Assembly (NCBI GenBank): GCA_964364425.1
Contig: CAYIMB010000001.1
Span: 6,941-70,940, forward strand
Direction of reading: 5' to 3'
DNA: 64,000 nucleotides
From: an uncultured Gammaproteobacteria bacterium
Lineage (GTDB): Bacteria; Patescibacteriota; Patescibacteriia; UBA9570; JBBTWU01
Made by a program: the position numbers and the translations under genes
The notes under the pieces: model-generated
What the model saw: only the letters and a program-made list of their open reading frames with translations
Database searches by the model: none
What the model was told of the DNA's origin: nothing
Shown here: one piece after another, positions 54,675-64,000 of the stretch
Numbering within the stretch: position 1 is the first letter of the stretch
How the letters are laid out: each line of letters opens with the position of its first letter

Positions 54675-54905
54675 ATGGATCAACCAGTCCCAACCTCAAT
54701 CCAGCCCCGTGTCACCATACGGACCCTACCTTCGTATTTTAAGACCTCCTGGCAAGAGTTGAAGAAAGTGTCTTGGCCAACTCGCAAGGAAACTTGGCGC
54801 AACACCTGGGTCGTGATCTTGGTCAGCGTGTTTTTTGGCCTCTTTTTGGGGGCTTTGGATTACGCCTTAAATCGATTGCTTGAATATATTTTGTCCTATG
54901 CCTAA
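54675..54905 (+). CDS. secE: preprotein translocase subunit SecE
   Basis: ELKKVSWPTRKE plus one TM helix; precedes nusG. Confidence 0.95.
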   Translation: MDQPVPTSIQPRVTIRTLPSYFKTSWQELKKVSWPTRKETWRNTWVVILVSVFFGLFLGALDYALNRLLEYILSYA

Positions 54906-55443
54906 ACAAACAGGGGAACAAGGTCGTCGTTGGTACGTCATTCATACCTATTCCGGATACGAAGAAAACGTGGCACACAACTTGAAACAACGTATTGAAT
55001 CCATGGATATGGAGGACAAAATTTTTGATGTTCTCATTCCAACGGAGAAAAAAATTAAAATCCGCAACGGCAAACGCCGCGTGGTGATTGAGAAAATTTT
55101 TCCAGGCTACGTCTTGGTGAATATGATTGTAACGGATGATTCATGGTATGTGGTGCGAAATACACCTAATGTGACTGGATTTGTAGGAAGTGGAACCACT
55201 CCAACTCCAATTGATGATAAAGAAGTAGAAGGCTTGAAGAAACGAATGGGTGCTGAAGAACCAACGTATAAAATTGACGTCAACACTGGGGATACGGTAC
55301 GGATCACTGATGGTCCGTTCAAAGACATGGAGGGGAAAGTGTCAGAGGTGGATGAAACCCGTGGTAAGGTCAAAGTCATGGTGTCTATGTTTGGCCGTGA
55401 GACTCCGGTAGAACTTGATTCACTCCAAGTAAAGAAAATCTAA
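54898..55443 (+). CDS. nusG: transcription factor NusG
   Basis: [42 protein letters not shown]. Confidence 0.98.
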   Translation: MPKQTGEQGRRWYVIHTYSGYEENVAHNLKQRIESMDMEDKIFDVLIPTEKKIKIRNGKRRVVIEKIFPGYVLVNMIVTDDSWYVVRNTPNVTGFVGSGTTPTPIDDKEVEGLKKRMGAEEPTYKIDVNTGDTVRITDGPFKDMEGKVSEVDETRGKVKVMVSMFGRETPVELDSLQVKKI

Positions 55444-55445
55444 AT

Positions 55446-55868
55446 ATGGCAAAAAAAGTTAAGGTTCAGATTAAATTACAAATCCCAGCCGGCAAGGCTA
55501 ACCCAGCACCTCCAATTGGTCCTGCTTTAGGTCAACACGGTGTGGCTATTCAGGAATTTTGTACCAAGTTTAATGCAGAAACCAAAGACAAGATGGGAGA
55601 CATATTGCCTACGGTGATTACGGTATATGAAGACCGGTCTTTCACCTTTGTGGTGAAGACTCCTCCAGCAGCTGAGTTGTTAAAAAAGGCAGCCAAGATT
55701 CAAAAAGGTTCAGGTAAGTCGTTGACTGAAAAGGTCGGCAGCGTGACCAAAGCGCAAATCAAGGAAATAGCTGAAATGAAAATGCCTGACCTGAATGCCA
55801 ATACCATTGAGGCAGCCATGAAGATTATTGAGGGCACAGCACGCCAAATGGGAATCACGGTCAAGTAG
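55446..55868 (+). CDS. rplK: 50S ribosomal protein L11
   Basis: [33 protein letters not shown]. Confidence 0.98.
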   Translation: MAKKVKVQIKLQIPAGKANPAPPIGPALGQHGVAIQEFCTKFNAETKDKMGDILPTVITVYEDRSFTFVVKTPPAAELLKKAAKIQKGSGKSLTEKVGSVTKAQIKEIAEMKMPDLNANTIEAAMKIIEGTARQMGITVK

Positions 55869-55895
55869 CTAGAAGTTAAATTGAAATTAATTAAC

Positions 55896-55925
55896 GTGGG
55901 AGGGCTTGAGGCCCGCTTGAACCAC
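55896..55925 (+). promoter_or_regulatory. putative ribosomal protein L1 binding (autoregulatory) RNA element
   Basis: GTGG-GAG-GGC..GCC-CGCTTGAA-CCAC hairpin with asymmetric internal loop between rplK and rplA. Confidence 0.7.
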
Positions 55926-55939
55926 TAAACCAGAAACAT

Positions 55940-56617
55940 ATGCCAAGATCAAAACGGTACAAAGCGCTCGTTGAAAAGATAGAAAAGGGAAAGGTCTACC
56001 CAGTCCAAGAAGCGCTTGCTGTGTTGAAAGAAAGTCCGGTCAAGTTTGATGCTGCCGTGGAAGTTCACATGCGGTTAGGAATTGATCCAAAAAAAGGTGA
56101 ACAAATGGTACGTGGTACCGTGGTGTTGCCTCATGGATCAGGCAAAACCCGCAAGATTGCCGCTTTTGTCTCTCCTGAAAAAGAAGCTGAAGCCAAGGCA
56201 GCTGGTGCTGATATTATAGGAACTGCTGACGTGATTGAGAAAATTAAATCTACAGGAAAGATAGACTTTGATATTGCTGTAGCTACTCCTGATATGATGA
56301 AGAAACTAGCACCCATTGCCAAGAACTTGGGTCAAGCGGGTGTGATGCCAAACCCCAAGACTGAAACGGTGAGCCCCAACGTGACGAAAATGATTACTGA
56401 ACTGAAAGGTGGAAAAGTGGCGTATAAAAACGATGACACTGCCAACGTCCACCAAATTGTTGGTCGCATAAGTTTTCCCGCTGATCACTTGGCAGAAAAC
56501 GTCAAAACATTTGTTGATGTCGTCAAAAAGGCTAAACCAGCTGACTCTAAGGGAACCTACGTTAGATCCATCACCCTGACCACCACTATGGGGCCAGGTA
56601 TTGCCATTAGCGTCTAG
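55940..56617 (+). CDS. rplA: 50S ribosomal protein L1
   Basis: KFDA.VE..MRLGIDP, VRGTVVLPHG.GK, MPNPK, TTMGPG. Confidence 0.98.
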   Translation: MPRSKRYKALVEKIEKGKVYPVQEALAVLKESPVKFDAAVEVHMRLGIDPKKGEQMVRGTVVLPHGSGKTRKIAAFVSPEKEAEAKAAGADIIGTADVIEKIKSTGKIDFDIAVATPDMMKKLAPIAKNLGQAGVMPNPKTETVSPNVTKMITELKGGKVAYKNDDTANVHQIVGRISFPADHLAENVKTFVDVVKKAKPADSKGTYVRSITLTTTMGPGIAISV

Positions 56618-56620
56618 CCT

Positions 56621-57724
56621 ATGGCACTGGGAGCATTTCCATCCCAGTATATCCGCAGGCTGATTGAGGAAGGTGCTGTTATTGGTGCCAGTCAAACCAA
56701 TATTCAACCTTCTTCTTTGGATTTGACCTTGTCTGAAGAGGCGTGGCGCATGCCTGGCATATTTTTACCGCGGCCAGGGGAAACCATTCATGACATTATC
56801 AAAACTGGCGGGGGAGAGCCCTGGGATTTATCCAAGCCCCTGCCTTTGCGCGGAATCTTTTTTGTGCGCTTGCGTGAGTCTTTGAAATTACCTTCAACGG
56901 TGATTTTTGCTTACGCTAACAACAAAAGCTCAACCGGGCGTATTAATTTACAAACTCGTTTGATTTGTGACGGAGTGAGTCAGTTTGACAAAGTGCCTCG
57001 TGGCTACGCCGGTGAGTTGTGGTTAGTGATTAGTCCGCGCTCTTTTAATATTCAAATGCATCCAGGGGCAGCTTTGAATCAACTCCGTTTCTTTAATTCT
57101 GATACGCGCCTGAACTACACAGATCATTTGGCCTTGTATGAGTATTTCAACTTACTCTGGAATCCAGATCATACTCCTATCTCACGGGATGAAGTCCATT
57201 TCGATCTGCACGGGGGAATCACCATGTCGGTGAACTTAGACCAAGACGTCATAGGATACTCCGCCACACAGAATCCAAATGTGACTCTGGATATTTCACG
57301 CTCTGATCATGATCCACATGATTTTTTCCGTCCACTCCACCGACCAGAAAATGGGCGCTTGATGTTGTTGCGTGATGAATTTTATATTCTTTCCACCATA
57401 GAACAGATTGCTGTTCCGCCGGAATTTTCTGTAGAGATGGTAGCGTATGATCCATCTAAGGGTGAATTCCGTAGCCATTATGCCGGTTTCTTTGATCCGG
57501 GCTTTGGGTTTGGAGAGAAGGGTGAGGTCAAGGGCACAACGGCTGTTTTAGAGGTATATCCGCATGATAACGACTTCTTTTTGCGTCATGGGCAACCAAT
57601 CTGTAAAATGGTGTATGAGCGTTTGGCTACGTTTCCGGAGTTGGTTTATGGCACCGGCAACCTGAAGTCGAATTACCAGAAACAGTCAGGACCTCGTCTC
57701 AGTAAATATTTTAAATCAGCTTAA
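56621..57724 (+). CDS. dcd: dCTP deaminase (two-domain DCD type)
   Basis: IQPSSLDL, N.KSSTGR, GEFRSHYAGFFDPGFG, VLEV, SNYQ.Q...LSKYF. Confidence 0.9.
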   Translation: MALGAFPSQYIRRLIEEGAVIGASQTNIQPSSLDLTLSEEAWRMPGIFLPRPGETIHDIIKTGGGEPWDLSKPLPLRGIFFVRLRESLKLPSTVIFAYANNKSSTGRINLQTRLICDGVSQFDKVPRGYAGELWLVISPRSFNIQMHPGAALNQLRFFNSDTRLNYTDHLALYEYFNLLWNPDHTPISRDEVHFDLHGGITMSVNLDQDVIGYSATQNPNVTLDISRSDHDPHDFFRPLHRPENGRLMLLRDEFYILSTIEQIAVPPEFSVEMVAYDPSKGEFRSHYAGFFDPGFGFGEKGEVKGTTAVLEVYPHDNDFFLRHGQPICKMVYERLATFPELVYGTGNLKSNYQKQSGPRLSKYFKSA

Positions 57725-57735
57725 ATATCTCGATC

Positions 57736-57807
57736 GCGAGGCTCAGAGAGTGCATGCTTTGACGGAGCCCCAATCACCGTCACGCACGCATCTCTCTTGC
57801 GCCTCGC
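57736..57807 (+). repeat. palindromic element, copy 3 (diverged; between dcd and thyA)
   Basis: GCGAGGC/GCCTCGC, GAGAG/CTCTC, TGACGG/CCGTCA stems; shares GCTCAGAG, GGAGCyyCAATCACC and GCATCTC..TTGCGC with copies 1 and 2. Confidence 0.82.
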
Positions 57808-57819
57808 TCTCAAAATTCT

Positions 57820-59256
57820 ATGTCAGATTGGCCAGTCTACTTTAAAGAGAACTTGATTGTTGGAAATCTTGACTCCGGAGTTGGAGTCGCTACGCTTTGG
57901 TCTCCGCGGGAAGCTATTGCCAAGGGTCTAGACCCTAAGACCTATTGCGTGATTGGTCAGTTGTATGCCAATGATGGGATTAATCCCATGATTCGGAATA
58001 TCATGGCCAGGCCGCAAATCAGAACACTGGTGCTATGCGGTCAGGATAAAATTGGTTCAGCCGATTCTTTGGCTCATTTGATTAACAACGGCATAGATGA
58101 AAAAGGGAAGGTGGTAGGCAAGCCGGAGTCAAAAGTGGAAAAAGAAATTCCACGGGAAGCGGTGGAGAAATTCCGGCAGAATGTGAAGCTGGTGGATATG
58201 CGTGGAGTGTTTGATACGGTTAAAATCCAGACCGCCATTAATGAGGTGTCTCAAGACAATACGGCGTTTGCAGAACCACAATTATTCCCGGAGCCGGAGA
58301 TTTCCACTGACCGGTACCCAACAGATGCTTCCACCATCAAAATTCGGGGAAAGTTTGTTGGCGACGTGTGGCTGCGTCTACTCTGGCACATCATGCGGTT
58401 TGGGGCAGAAAAACAGTCACATCACGGGACGAACCAGAAAGAGTTGTGGAATGTAGTCACTGTCATAGAGGAAGAAGATCCGACTCATATCAAATGGTCG
58501 CCGTGGTTTAATTTCACACAGGAACATTTTGAAGGGTATAAGCCGCAAGTGATGACTAAAGAGAAAATTCCTTCGTTGGAATATACCTACGGTCAACGCC
58601 TGAGAGATCATGACGGGATTGACCAGATTGCTTCCATTAAAGAAAAGCTCAAAAAAGAGCCGTTCAGCCGGCGGGCTGTGGGCGTGACTTGGAATGTGCA
58701 GTTGGATGATTCCAGCACCCATCCACCATGTTTAGATATTGTGCAGTGTGTGGTTCAAGATGAACTGTTGTTGATGAATTGTTACTTCCGTTCCAATGAC
58801 ATGTTTAGAGCTTGGCCGGAAAACGCTTTGGCTTTGCGCACCATGCAAAAAGAAATTGCAGACGAACTGGGAATCATGTTGGGTTCTTTGACCATTGTTT
58901 CAGCTTCTGCACATGTGTACGAAGAAAGTTACGCGGCGATCAAGGAGATGTTGAAGGAGTATTATCCTAAGGCCCTTGATTTTTGTGAATTTGATCCACG
59001 AGGTAATTTTGTCATCTCAGTCTCAAACGGAACTATCAACTTGATTCAGATGAATCCCACCGGATCAAAAATTGGAACGTACTCAGGAAAGACTGCCATG
59101 CAAGTCTATCAAAAGCTGGTTGAAGATTATGCGGTATCTATTATTGGACATGCCTTAGATTTAGGCGGAGAGTTACAAAAAGCTGAGATGTGTTTGCGTT
59201 TAGGTATTCAGTATACGCAGGACCGCCCAGTGCCGTTTCAGGATTTGAAAAAGTAG
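57820..59256 (+). CDS. thyA: thymidylate synthase fused to N-terminal MtrA-like and C-terminal DUF4346-like domains
   Basis: YTYGQRL, SRRAV, HPPCL (catalytic Cys), FRSNDM, SAHVY; N-terminal WP..IVGN..S.VGVATLWS; C-terminal DPRGNF.I..HALDLG.EL.KAE..YTQD. Confidence 0.85.
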   Translation: MSDWPVYFKENLIVGNLDSGVGVATLWSPREAIAKGLDPKTYCVIGQLYANDGINPMIRNIMARPQIRTLVLCGQDKIGSADSLAHLINNGIDEKGKVVGKPESKVEKEIPREAVEKFRQNVKLVDMRGVFDTVKIQTAINEVSQDNTAFAEPQLFPEPEISTDRYPTDASTIKIRGKFVGDVWLRLLWHIMRFGAEKQSHHGTNQKELWNVVTVIEEEDPTHIKWSPWFNFTQEHFEGYKPQVMTKEKIPSLEYTYGQRLRDHDGIDQIASIKEKLKKEPFSRRAVGVTWNVQLDDSSTHPPCLDIVQCVVQDELLLMNCYFRSNDMFRAWPENALALRTMQKEIADELGIMLGSLTIVSASAHVYEESYAAIKEMLKEYYPKALDFCEFDPRGNFVISVSNGTINLIQMNPTGSKIGTYSGKTAMQVYQKLVEDYAVSIIGHALDLGGELQKAEMCLRLGIQYTQDRPVPFQDLKK

Positions 59257-59310
59257 AAAGAGACGCAACCCCTTTACCAATCAGATCAGTATGATATACT
59301 CATATCAAGT

Positions 59311-59967
59311 ATGAAAAACCCATTCGAAGGACTGTTTAGCCATAAAGGAAAGTTCATTGTGTTTGAGGGGGGTGAGGGCTCGGGCAAATCGACTCAGGCG
59401 AAATTATTGTTGGAACGGCTGCAAAAAGAAGGCAAAGACGTGATCTATACCAAGGAACCAGGAGGAACCCCGGTGGCTGACAAGATTCGGGAGATTATTT
59501 TGTATCAAAATACTGAACCAGTGGTTCCCAAGACGGAACTCTTTTTGTTATTGGCTTCCCGGGCGCAACATGTGACACAGAAAATTGCACCAGCTTTGAA
59601 GGAAAGCAAGCACGTGATTTGTGACCGTTTTTCCGGTTCAACTTATGCCTACCAAATTGGCGCGCGTAAGATGCCTAACGGTACATTTATTGAGGCTATG
59701 GATGCGTATGCACGGGACGGGCTAGAACCGGATTTGGTGATTTTTTTTGATGTGGACCCGGAGATTGGTTTAGCACGGAAAAAACAAGGCAATGAAGAGC
59801 TGAACCGCTTAGATAAAGAAGAGCTAGACTTTCACCGTAAAGTCCGTGGTCATTTCAAAAAACTGGCCAAACACAATGACGACAATTGGGTGGAACTGGA
59901 TGGCAGCTTACCTATCCAAGACCTGCATGTGCTGGTGTATGACCAGGTGAGTAAATTGTTGGCATGA
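59311..59967 (+). CDS. tmk: thymidylate kinase
   Basis: FIVFEGGEGSGKST, EPGGT, CDRF..ST.AYQ. Confidence 0.97.
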   Translation: MKNPFEGLFSHKGKFIVFEGGEGSGKSTQAKLLLERLQKEGKDVIYTKEPGGTPVADKIREIILYQNTEPVVPKTELFLLLASRAQHVTQKIAPALKESKHVICDRFSGSTYAYQIGARKMPNGTFIEAMDAYARDGLEPDLVIFFDVDPEIGLARKKQGNEELNRLDKEELDFHRKVRGHFKKLAKHNDDNWVELDGSLPIQDLHVLVYDQVSKLLA

Positions 59968-60389
59968 CACTCAAGGTACAGAAAGTTCGACCTGAGGCAC
60001 AACTCCCCGTTTACGCCCACCCCGGAGATGCTGGGTTAGATATCAGAGCAGCGCTAGCTGCTCAAATCCCATCCGGAGAACGCGTGGCCGTGGCTACCGG
60101 CCTGGCGCTTGAACTCCCCCAAGGAACGGTCGGATTGGTCTGGGATAAAAGCGGTCGAGCCTTAAAACAAGGGCTAAAAACCATGGCCGGGGTGATTGAT
60201 GCAGGATTCCGGGGAGAGTTTTTGGTGGTATTACTCAATACCTCGGACCAGGTGGTGAAGATCGAACCTGGAGATAAAATAGCCCAACTGCTGATCCAGC
60301 CTGTCAACCAAGTTGAGGTGGAAGAAGTGACCTCCGTTGCGGATTCTACGCGTGGTCAGGGCGGTTTTGGCTCAACTGGACTGCAATAA
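59964..60389 (+). CDS. dut: dUTP diphosphatase
   Basis: AGLD, KSG, GVIDAGFRGE, IAQ, RG.GGFGSTG. Confidence 0.96.
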   Translation: MTLKVQKVRPEAQLPVYAHPGDAGLDIRAALAAQIPSGERVAVATGLALELPQGTVGLVWDKSGRALKQGLKTMAGVIDAGFRGEFLVVLLNTSDQVVKIEPGDKIAQLLIQPVNQVEVEEVTSVADSTRGQGGFGSTGLQ

Positions 60390-60411
60390 GGTTTTTTGTC
60401 ATGCTACCGCT

Positions 60412-61935
60412 ATGTCTAAATATGAAGTAGTTGTTGGAATTGAAGTGCACTTGCAGCTTAAAACTGCAAGCAAGATGTATTGTGCTTGCCGAAATGAAGA
60501 CAACGCAACGCCAAATGTGAATATTTGTCCTATTTGTACTGGGCAACCTGGGACGTTGCCGGTGTTGAACCAAAAGGCCGTTGAGTTGGTCGGGATTTTA
60601 TCTATTGCGCTGGAGGCGGAAATTTTACAGGAATCTGTGTTTGCACGGAAAAACTATTTTTATCCTGACTTACCTAAAGGCTACCAGATTTCCCAATATG
60701 AACTTCCTTTTTCAAAGGATGGTAAAGCAGAGATTGAAACGCGAGCTTTGCATAAAAAAGTGATTCGGATTGAGCGTCTGCAGTTAGAAGAAGATTCAGC
60801 CAAGATGATGCATGCTGTTGACGGTTCCAGTTTAGTCGATTTTAATCGAGCTGGAGCGCCGTTGGTGGAAATTGTGAGTCTGACGGATATTCGTTCTGCT
60901 GAGGAGGCAAAGTTGTATGTGTTGCAGCTGCAATCCATTGCGCGGTTTTGCGGTGTGTCTGACGCTGATATGGAAAAAGGTCAGATGAGATGTGACGTGA
61001 ATGTGAGTATTCGGCCGGTGGGGGATACAAAGTTATATACTAAGATTGAAGTTAAAAATCTGAATTCTGTTCGGGCGGTTGAACGCACGATTGAATTTGA
61101 ATTGAACCGGCAAGCCTCGTTGTGGGAAGCCGGAACTCCTCCGACCAAATCTGAAACCAGAGGCTGGAATGACGCAAGCGGTGAAACGGTCGCTCAACGC
61201 ACTAAAGAAGGGGCGGCAGACTACCGTTACTTTAATGAACCGGATATTCCCCCGCTCAGAATTACCCCAGAGCAAGTGGCTCATTGGCGAGCTGAAGTGC
61301 CAGAACTTCCAGCCGTGCGCCAACAACGGCTAATGAGCGAATACGAATTGTCTAAGCATGATGCCGGGGTGTTGGTTGGTGATGCTAGGATAGCTGAGTT
61401 TTTTGAAACAACCATGTCTGAACTGAGGGCTTGGTTGAACTCTATAGAGTCAACAGAAGGAAATGAGGAGGAGATTTGGAAGGTTAACCGTTTGAAGTTA
61501 GTCAGAGGCGCCTTTGGCTGGATTACTGGTGACCTATTCAAGCTGCTTAACCGGCAAGGTAAAACTTTGGCTGACCTTAAAATTACCCCAGAAAATTTTG
61601 CTGAACTGTTAATTTTGGTGTTTGATAAAAAACTCAATCGCACTGCTGCGGCTCAAGTCTTGGAAATGATGTTGGAAAAACAACATGTTCCCAACGGTTC
61701 TGATCCTTCCATGATTATGCAGAACCTTGGTGTGGAACAACAACATGATACGGGGGCATTGAGCGCGGCTGTTGATACAGTCCTGAATGAGCACCCTAGC
61801 GTGGCAGCTGATGTGAGAGGCGGGAAAGATCAAGCTGTCATGTTTTTGGTGGGTAAAGTCATGAAGTTGACCAAAGGTTCGGCTAATCCAGAAAAAGTAG
61901 CTGAATTGATTCGGGACCGGATTGGGCTTATATAA
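60412..61935 (+). CDS. gatB: Asp/Glu-tRNA amidotransferase subunit B
   Basis: GIEVHLQL, RKNYFYPDLPKGYQISQ, RCDVNVS, EVKNLNS, DYRYF.EPDIP. Confidence 0.97.
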   Translation: MSKYEVVVGIEVHLQLKTASKMYCACRNEDNATPNVNICPICTGQPGTLPVLNQKAVELVGILSIALEAEILQESVFARKNYFYPDLPKGYQISQYELPFSKDGKAEIETRALHKKVIRIERLQLEEDSAKMMHAVDGSSLVDFNRAGAPLVEIVSLTDIRSAEEAKLYVLQLQSIARFCGVSDADMEKGQMRCDVNVSIRPVGDTKLYTKIEVKNLNSVRAVERTIEFELNRQASLWEAGTPPTKSETRGWNDASGETVAQRTKEGAADYRYFNEPDIPPLRITPEQVAHWRAEVPELPAVRQQRLMSEYELSKHDAGVLVGDARIAEFFETTMSELRAWLNSIESTEGNEEEIWKVNRLKLVRGAFGWITGDLFKLLNRQGKTLADLKITPENFAELLILVFDKKLNRTAAAQVLEMMLEKQHVPNGSDPSMIMQNLGVEQQHDTGALSAAVDTVLNEHPSVAADVRGGKDQAVMFLVGKVMKLTKGSANPEKVAELIRDRIGLI

Positions 61936-61951
61936 ATACCCTACACAGCCT

Positions 61952-62392
61952 ATGGCTTTTTATCCTCTACTGGTCACTACTGATGTGGTCGTCCGTAACC
62001 CAAAGGGTCAGGTCTTGGTGGTAAAACGCAACATAGACCCATTTAGAGGGTTGTGGGTGAATCCAGGTGGTCACTTGGAAAAAGGCCAGACGGTAGAAGA
62101 GTGTGCCTTAACCGAATTGGCTGAAGAAACGGGCTTGGTGGTTGGACCTCAAGACCTTAAATTGATTAATGTGTTTTCCAGTCCTGAGCGTGATACCAGA
62201 ACGGATTACCAACGGATTAGCGTGGCTTACCTGGTGGAGGCGCCAGACGGCTGGGAGCCACGGTTGAATGAAGAAGCAAATGAGTGGAAATGGATTGACC
62301 CAAAAGACGTTTCCAGATCAGATATGGGTTTTGATCATTTTGACGTGATTACCCAAGTCAGAAAAAAATACCCAAGGCGGACTACTTCATAA
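61952..62392 (+). CDS. NUDIX hydrolase
   Basis: PGG.LE.G.T.EECA..EL.EETGL Nudix box, P.RD.R, GFDH. Confidence 0.92.
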   Translation: MAFYPLLVTTDVVVRNPKGQVLVVKRNIDPFRGLWVNPGGHLEKGQTVEECALTELAEETGLVVGPQDLKLINVFSSPERDTRTDYQRISVAYLVEAPDGWEPRLNEEANEWKWIDPKDVSRSDMGFDHFDVITQVRKKYPRRTTS

Positions 62393-63281
62393 ATTGCTGC
62401 ACCAGCTTACTCGCCTTATCTGGTTTAATCCAATGAATCCGTTTATCTCGCTTGAACCAGGTCATTTGACGGCGAGCGTATTGGCGGGTATGTAGTTTGA
62501 TTTGGTCTATTGCCTCAGGCAGATCGATCTTCCCTTGCACATAAGCCCCTATTTCCTTATATCCAATTCCTGACAGAGCCGGTAAGTCCCAAGTATAGTG
62601 TTGGGCTAACCCTTTTACCTCTTCTACTAACCCGTCCTTGATCTGCTGGTCAACCCGCTGGTTAATCCTTTTGTCTAACACGCTCGTTTCCGGTTTTAAC
62701 CCAAGCATCAGGGTGTTAAAAACCGCCGGCCCGCGTTTATTGAGGATAGGCGCAAGCTTGGAATTCGCTTGGGCAATTTCTATTGCCCTAATCACTCGGC
62801 GTTTATTTTTTAGCTGAACCATCTGAGCGGCTTCAGGCTCAAGTTTTAAAAGTTGGCCGACTAATTGGTCGAGTGGTTGTTGTTCCCATTTTGTTCTTTG
62901 GCCTGACGGCTTTCCCGTTGGGAGCAGCCAGTTATCCACCACAGAGTTTATATACAAACCAGTTCCGCCAACTAAAAACGGAATTTGGTCCGGATGTGTG
63001 TTGTGGCGTGTTTGAATAATTTCAAAGATGCGTGTTTGTATTTCGTTCAGGGCCAAGGGTTGATCAGGGGTAGTGATATCAATTAAAAAATGTGGTAGTT
63101 GAGCCCGTTCCTCAGCTGTCATTTTGGCTGTACCAATGTCCATTCCCATGTAGATCTGTCTAGAATCAGCTGAAATAATATAGCCGTTGAACTGTTTGGC
63201 CAGACGTATAGACAATCCGGTTTTTCCGGAGGCAGTGGGGCCAACAATGCAAATTAATTTTGGTAGGGCAGGCAAGTTCAT
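62382..63281 (-). CDS. miaA: tRNA dimethylallyltransferase
   Basis: GPTASGKT, ISADSRQIY.GMDIGTAK, VGGTGLY, TRQYARRQ.TWF. Confidence 0.97.
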   Translation of the reverse strand: MNLPALPKLICIVGPTASGKTGLSIRLAKQFNGYIISADSRQIYMGMDIGTAKMTAEERAQLPHFLIDITTPDQPLALNEIQTRIFEIIQTRHNTHPDQIPFLVGGTGLYINSVVDNWLLPTGKPSGQRTKWEQQPLDQLVGQLLKLEPEAAQMVQLKNKRRVIRAIEIAQANSKLAPILNKRGPAVFNTLMLGLKPETSVLDKRINQRVDQQIKDGLVEEVKGLAQHYTWDLPALSGIGYKEIGAYVQGKIDLPEAIDQIKLHTRQYARRQMTWFKRDKRIHWIKPDKASKLVQQFMK

Positions 63282-64000
63282 GACAATACTAAATCACCGC
63301 TGAGTGAAAAGGGCCGAGCTGAGCAAATTATTACGTCCACGAATGTTCCTACCAAGGCGGTTGATGCAGGAGATTCTTTTTGGTTGATACGCACAATTTT
63401 TAAACCCTCGTTTTTTCCAGTTAAGAACCCAGCCCGGTCGTACCCGTCAACTAATACGCGAATAGTTTTTCCTACAAACGTCTGGCTTTTTTCAAGGGCG
63501 GTTTGGCGCAGAACTTCAGTCAGTATTTTCCACCGTTCCTCTTTTTCTTCTTTGGGGACATTGTCTGCAAATCGACTTGAAACGGCTCCCGGGCGAGGGG
63601 AATACTTGGCAATATAGGCCATATCAAATTTAGCCGTCTTAAATACTTTTACGGTTTGTTCAAATTGTTCCCGTGTTTCACCCGGGAATCCCACAATACA
63701 ATCCGTGCTTAAGTCAGCCGTTGGTAATATGTTTCTAAACCGTTCAACCTGAGCTAAAAACTGCGCCTGCGTATACGGACGGTTCATGCGTTTGAGCACC
63801 AAGTCGTCTCCAGCTTGAAGAGGCAAGTGAATTTGGTTGGCTAATTTGGGATATTGGGCAATCACTTGCAACACCTCATCTGTCATATCTCTGGGGTGAG
63901 GTGAAGTGAAGTGGACCCAAAAGTCACCTTCGATTTTGGCCGTCTGACGCAACAACTCAGCAAAAGAAATTTCTTCACCTGGTTTATCTAAACCGTATGA
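63278..64000 (-). CDS. miaB: tRNA methylthiotransferase MiaB, C-terminal part; truncated by window
   Basis: FTSPHP, HLPLQAG...L..MNR.Y, D.IVGFPGET, YSPRPG, TRAM-like tail; adjacent to miaA. Confidence 0.9.
   Translation of the reverse strand, partial: SYGLDKPGEEISFAELLRQTAKIEGDFWVHFTSPHPRDMTDEVLQVIAQYPKLANQIHLPLQAGDDLVLKRMNRPYTQAQFLAQVERFRNILPTADLSTDCIVGFPGETREQFEQTVKVFKTAKFDMAYIAKYSPRPGAVSSRFADNVPKEEKEERWKILTEVLRQTALEKSQTFVGKTIRVLVDGYDRAGFLTGKNEGLKIVRINQKESPASTALVGTFVDVIICSARPFSLSGDLVLS

Overview
Gene-dense bacterial chromosomal window of mid-40s % GC. Gene content and style point to Patescibacteria/CPR (inference): no Shine-Dalgarno on most genes, -10 boxes directly before start codons, alpha2-type GlyRS, type-2 IleRS, membrane-anchored Clp ATPase, VirD4-like ATPase and a Cys-rich hypothetical protein. 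Housekeeping genes include ileS, recO, tgt, glyQS, metG, pheST, gyrB, secE-nusG-rplK-rplA, dcd-thyA-tmk-dut, gatB, miaA and miaB, plus a full F1Fo ATP synthase operon. No tRNA, rRNA, CRISPR array or transposase was seen. Main observations: (1) a ~65-120 nt palindromic element with compensatory base changes, present in three copies, one of them in frame inside atpG; (2) a six-gene Hyf/Ehr complex-I-like operon, divergent from the ATP synthase, whose large subunit lacks the NiFe ligands and whose small subunit has no cysteine at all, while the ion-pumping residues of the membrane subunits remain; (3) two adjacent secreted proteins sharing an RxxGMHTx7GMKWYY motif, one encoded on a ~70% GC mini-cassette with its own promoter, RBS and terminator next to the VirD4-like ATPase; (4) two inteins, one in a UvrD helicase-nuclease (GIY-YIG-like insert) and a shortened one in GyrB; (5) an MtrA-like/ThyA/DUF4346-like fusion and a CarS-like enzyme. 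All calls come from reading motifs by eye; no database search was run.
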